DNA from: Candidatus Eiseniibacteriota bacterium
GTDB taxonomy: Bacteria; Eisenbacteria; RBG-16-71-46; CAIMUX01; VGJL01
NCBI GenBank assembly: GCA_963792585.1
Contig: CAWBWI010000003.1
Location: 832,001 to 896,000 of the forward strand
DNA: 64,000 nt
Direction of reading: 5' to 3'
Position 1 is the first letter of the stretch; every line of letters starts with the position of its first letter. Of this stretch, positions 60,772-64,000 are shown piece after piece. Made by a program: the position numbers and the translations under genes. The notes beneath the pieces were generated by a model. That model saw nothing but the letters and a program-made list of their open reading frames with translations. It did no database searches and had not been told where the DNA came from.

Positions 60772-61719
60772 CTAGGAAGCGAATCGCCCATCCCGGCGAC
60801 CCTCCTCGCGGGGGGCTGCCGATCGGCCTTGGGGTCCTTCTTCCGGAGTCCGATCGCCGGGACCCCGTCGAGAGGCCGGGGCGGAATCGGGCGGCTGCGC
60901 GTGGCGAACGGTCACGTTCGCCTCGACGAAACCCTGGGTGAGGAGGGAGCGGTGAAGGTCACCGAGATCGTTGTTCCAGCGACGAACCGCGTCCCGGTCG
61001 GAGGAGACGATCGTCGCGTGGAGCGCCTGACCGCGGACGGCGAGGCGCATCCTCCCCGAGACTCCGTCCTCTATCCCGAAGCGGACGGTGACCTGGGTCG
61101 CGGAGGGGTCCTTCGGGGCGGACGGCGTCTCGGCCGGAGCGTCACCCCCCGCGGTCTGCTCGGGGGCGTTCGCCTCGTCGATTTCCACACCACGCATCGG
61201 GCCGGACTCCGAGGTCGCCCGGACACCAACGGCCGTCGCGCCGGATCCATCGGCCGGGCCGGCCGGCCGGCCCGCGTTGGCTGCAACCCCACGGTCCGCG
61301 CCCTTCGATTCGATCCTCACGGCTTCGACCTTGAAACTCGCCGGCGGGTTCTCCGACCGGGTGTCCGGCCCCGCTGGCGGCTCGGGCCCAGGCGCGGGAG
61401 ACCCTTCGGCCGGTGGCTCGGGCAGCCCCCCGGACCCCTTTTCACCCGCATGGGTCGCGCGCGTCGCCCCGTTCGTTCCCTCCGCGGGGGGCGCGTCCGC
61501 GCCGGTCATTCGCCTCGGGGCGGCCTCCGCCTGCTCGCTCCCGTCGGAGGAGGGCTCGGCCACGGTCGGGCGCAACGGCGCATTCTCCGGCTTCGGGCCC
61601 GAAAGGGCCTGAGCGAGCGCGCGATCGAACGAGGTGCTTTCGATCTTCGGCCGCTTCGCAGTGCGGGTCGGCTGCGCCGGACGGCCGGTCTGCGGGCGTG
61701 GGGGCTCTACGCGGCTCAC
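60772..61719 (-). CDS. fliK: Hook-length control protein FliK-like
   Basis: Pro/Ala/Gly-rich disordered N-terminus plus T3S4-like C-domain 'GRMRLAVRGQALHATI...DLHRSL..QGF'; upstream of flgD. Confidence 0.65.
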   Translation of the reverse strand: MSRVEPPRPQTGRPAQPTRTAKRPKIESTSFDRALAQALSGPKPENAPLRPTVAEPSSDGSEQAEAAPRRMTGADAPPAEGTNGATRATHAGEKGSGGLPEPPAEGSPAPGPEPPAGPDTRSENPPASFKVEAVRIESKGADRGVAANAGRPAGPADGSGATAVGVRATSESGPMRGVEIDEANAPEQTAGGDAPAETPSAPKDPSATQVTVRFGIEDGVSGRMRLAVRGQALHATIVSSDRDAVRRWNNDLGDLHRSLLTQGFVEANVTVRHAQPPDSAPASRRGPGDRTPEEGPQGRSAAPREEGRRDGRFAS

Positions 61720-62399
61720 GGTGTCTCCGATTCGGGGTCCTCGAGCAATCGTCGGCTCAGGGCGGCCGCCCGCTCGGGAGGAAGCTGCGCGAGGACGGTC
61801 GCGGCCGAACGGGCGCCCATCGCGACGATCAGCCGCTGCACCTGCTCATCGGGCAGGTCTTTGAGAACCTTTGCCGCATCCGCGGGCTTCATGTTCGTCA
61901 GGATCTTCGCGAGAAGCTTCAGCTCTTTTCCGTCCCGCGCCTTCGCGGTGCCCGAAGCGACCGCCGGCTGCGCGACCGGCGGGGCCGTTTTGATGGTCTC
62001 CTCGCTCCGGGCCGCGAGCTCGGGTTGCCCCGCGGGTGGGGTCTCCACCTTCACGGCGGCATCGGGTGCTTTCAACCCCTCCGGATTCATCGCCCCATCG
62101 GGCGCCTTCGACCCCTCCGGTTCCATCGCCCCGACGGGCGCTTTCGTCCCCTCCGGGTTCATCGCCCCATCGGGCACCCTCGCGGCGTCCTCGGGCTTCG
62201 ACCCCTCGGCGAGCATTGCCGCCGGGGATTCCGCGTGTCCTGAAGGGGTTTGGGTTGCCGGGGTCCCGGGGGCGCCCGCCGACTCCACCACCGGCGCGAC
62301 GACGGGTGGGAGAGGCGGCGCGGTGAGGACGCGAATCAACGTCGAGACCACCAGCGCCGCGACGAAACCGCCCGCGCCGAAGATGATCAGCTTCTTCAT
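61716..62399 (-). CDS. MotE/YlxF/FlbB-like membrane protein with MgtE_N-type helical domain
   Basis: N-terminal TM; 'LAKILTNMKPADAAKVL..L.DEQV..LIVAM..RSAA.VLAQL..ERAA.L'; lies between fliJ and fliK. Confidence 0.75.
   Translation of the reverse strand: MKKLIIFGAGGFVAALVVSTLIRVLTAPPLPPVVAPVVESAGAPGTPATQTPSGHAESPAAMLAEGSKPEDAARVPDGAMNPEGTKAPVGAMEPEGSKAPDGAMNPEGLKAPDAAVKVETPPAGQPELAARSEETIKTAPPVAQPAVASGTAKARDGKELKLLAKILTNMKPADAAKVLKDLPDEQVQRLIVAMGARSAATVLAQLPPERAAALSRRLLEDPESETP
62061..62177. repeat. Three-plus imperfect 36-bp tandem repeats (PDGAMNPEGxKA)
   Basis: Units start at 62061, 62097 and 62133, with a partial unit at 62169. Confidence 0.85.
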
Positions 62400-62845
62400 C
62401 GGTTCCCTCCGACGGCTCTCCGGTGGTGGGAGATGGCGTCGAGCTGGCTCTGCTCGAGCCTCGAGCTCTCCACGGACCACTCTTCATGCCGTTTCTCGCG
62501 AAGCCGTTCGACGACGCGACGATCCTTGCGCGCCTCGTGGAACATCTCCTGCTCCACCCGGACGACCTCCTCCGCGCTCTGGTGCGACGTCTCGGCCACC
62601 TCGACCTCTCCGGCCGCGGCATTGATCGTCAGGCCGAGATTCTGCATCGTGCCCGCGGTCGTGACGATCGCGCCTGCGCCCGCGATCTGCAGGGCGCAAC
62701 GGTCGAGCCGCGCCTCGGCCTCCTCGAGCGACCGCCGCCGCACGATTTCCGCGAGCATCGCGTCCCGAAGCAGACGGGCCCGCTCCTTCTCGGTCTTGGC
62801 GCGGAGATCGAGGATCCGATCGAGACGGAACTGGAATCCCTTCAT
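62396..62845 (-). CDS. fliJ: Flagellar export protein FliJ
   Basis: FQFRLDRILDLR, coiled coil, A.KDRRVVERLREK, EQSQLD. Confidence 0.9.
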   Translation of the reverse strand: MKGFQFRLDRILDLRAKTEKERARLLRDAMLAEIVRRRSLEEAEARLDRCALQIAGAGAIVTTAGTMQNLGLTINAAAGEVEVAETSHQSAEEVVRVEQEMFHEARKDRRVVERLREKRHEEWSVESSRLEQSQLDAISHHRRAVGGNR

Positions 62846-64000
62846 GCTGCGACTCCCTGGAGGTGTGCCCGGATCCGATCGGCGAGGGTGAGGACCTGCT
62901 TCTGGATTTCGTCCTGCTTCGGAAGATCACCGGCCGACTGGCAGAGGAACGCGCGGATCGGCTCGCGCAACGCGATCGCCGCGTCAACTTGCGGATCGGC
63001 TCCGGTGCGGTACGCGCCGACGGCGATCAGGTCCTCGTGAGCGTGATAGGCGGCCTCGACGCGCAGCACGATGTCCGCAGCCTCGAGCATTTCGGGGGAG
63101 ACCACCGCGTCCCGAACACGGCTCACGCTCTGGAGGACGTCGATCGCCGGGAAGTGCTTCACATTCGCGAGATGGCGGGAAAGGACGATGTGCCCGTCCA
63201 GGATCGAGCGGGTCGCATCGGCCACCGGTTCGTTGAAATCGTCCCCCTCGACGAGGACCGTGTAGAGGCCGGTGATGCTCCCGACCCGGGCCGTTCCCGC
63301 CCGCTCGAGCAGGCGCGGAAGGGCCGCGAATACCGAAGGCGGGTATCCCTTGGTGGTGGGCGGCTCGCCCACGGCGAGTCCGATCTCGCGCCACGCCATG
63401 GCGACGCGGGTGATCGAGTCCATCATGAGGAGAACGTTGCGCCCGGTGTCGCGGAAGTGCTCGGCGATCGTGGTCGCTACGAGCGCGCCGGTCGCACGGA
63501 CCACGGCCGCCTGGTCGCTCGTTGCGACGACCACGACCGAGCGGCGCAGTCCCTCGGGTCCGAGGTCTCGCTCGATGAACTCTCGGACCTCGCGGCCTCG
63601 CTCTCCGAGCAGCGCGATCACGTTGACGTCGGCGGTCGTGTTGCGCGCGATCATTCCGAGCAAGCACGCTCTTGCCGACGCCGCTGCCAGCCATGATGCC
63701 GATCCGTTGTCCTTGGCCGAGCGTGATGAGCCCGTCGATCGCGCGCACGCCGGTCCCGATCGGGTCGCGGATCCGCGCCCGCTCGAGCGGGTTCGGAAGG
63801 ACGCCGGTGAGAGGGCGGCGTCGCGTGAAGCGGAAGGGGCGCCCGTTGTCGATGGGCTTGCCCAGGCCGCTCAGCACGCGGCCGATCAACTCCTCTCCCG
63901 CCTTCGCGTAGAAGGGACGGTCCATCGGGATCACGACCGCGCCGGGACGGACCCCCTCGATATCCCCCAGCGGCATCAAGAGCACGCCGCGCTCGTGGAA
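62842..64000 (-). CDS. fliI: Flagellar export ATPase FliI (5' end outside the window; frameshift near 63665)
   Basis: GQRIGIMAGSGVGKS, GERGREVREF, MDSITR, GEPPTTKGYPPS, LDGHIVLSR. Confidence 0.95.

Overview
GC-rich, gene-dense bacterial DNA from a diderm. The many secreted proteins ending in FlgD-Ig/T9SS-like tails or a short '(S/T)WGx(I/V)(K/R)xL(Y/F)R' tail suggest a Candidatus Eisenbacteria/Krumholzibacteriota/Latescibacterota-type (FCB-group) genome; this is an inference. The window has four parts. (1) 1-16.6 kb is an accessory secretome island: an RCC1-propeller/Cys-repeat protein, a beta-propeller, a beta-helix, a secreted tandem nitroreductase-like protein and an amidohydrolase. It ends in a compact sigma54 module: a TPR-AAA+ enhancer-binding protein coupled to a lamin-tail protein, then a FecR-like secreted protein behind a readable enhancer/IHF/-24/-12 promoter. 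Both secreted proteins carry the WG tail. (2) 16.8-26.8 kb holds amt, a porin, a GAF kinase, a degenerate NtrC-like regulator, a hydrolase, fumC and a Kelch protein with a T9SS-like tail. (3) 26.9-38.9 kb holds a Tat DUF362 protein, a NapH/NapG-like polyferredoxin, a ~19-heme CbcL-like cytochrome c/b fusion, a KimA-like transporter, MBL-cysE-cysK and ggt. (4) 39-64 kb is a large flagellar cluster: motAB plus a degenerate HD-GYP gene on +, and fliI to flgK on -, with sigma54 and sigma28 promoters. Frameshifts occur only in conserved genes beyond 26.9 kb and look like sequencing or polishing errors. No rRNA, tRNA, CRISPR, integrase, transposase or reverse transcriptase was recognised.
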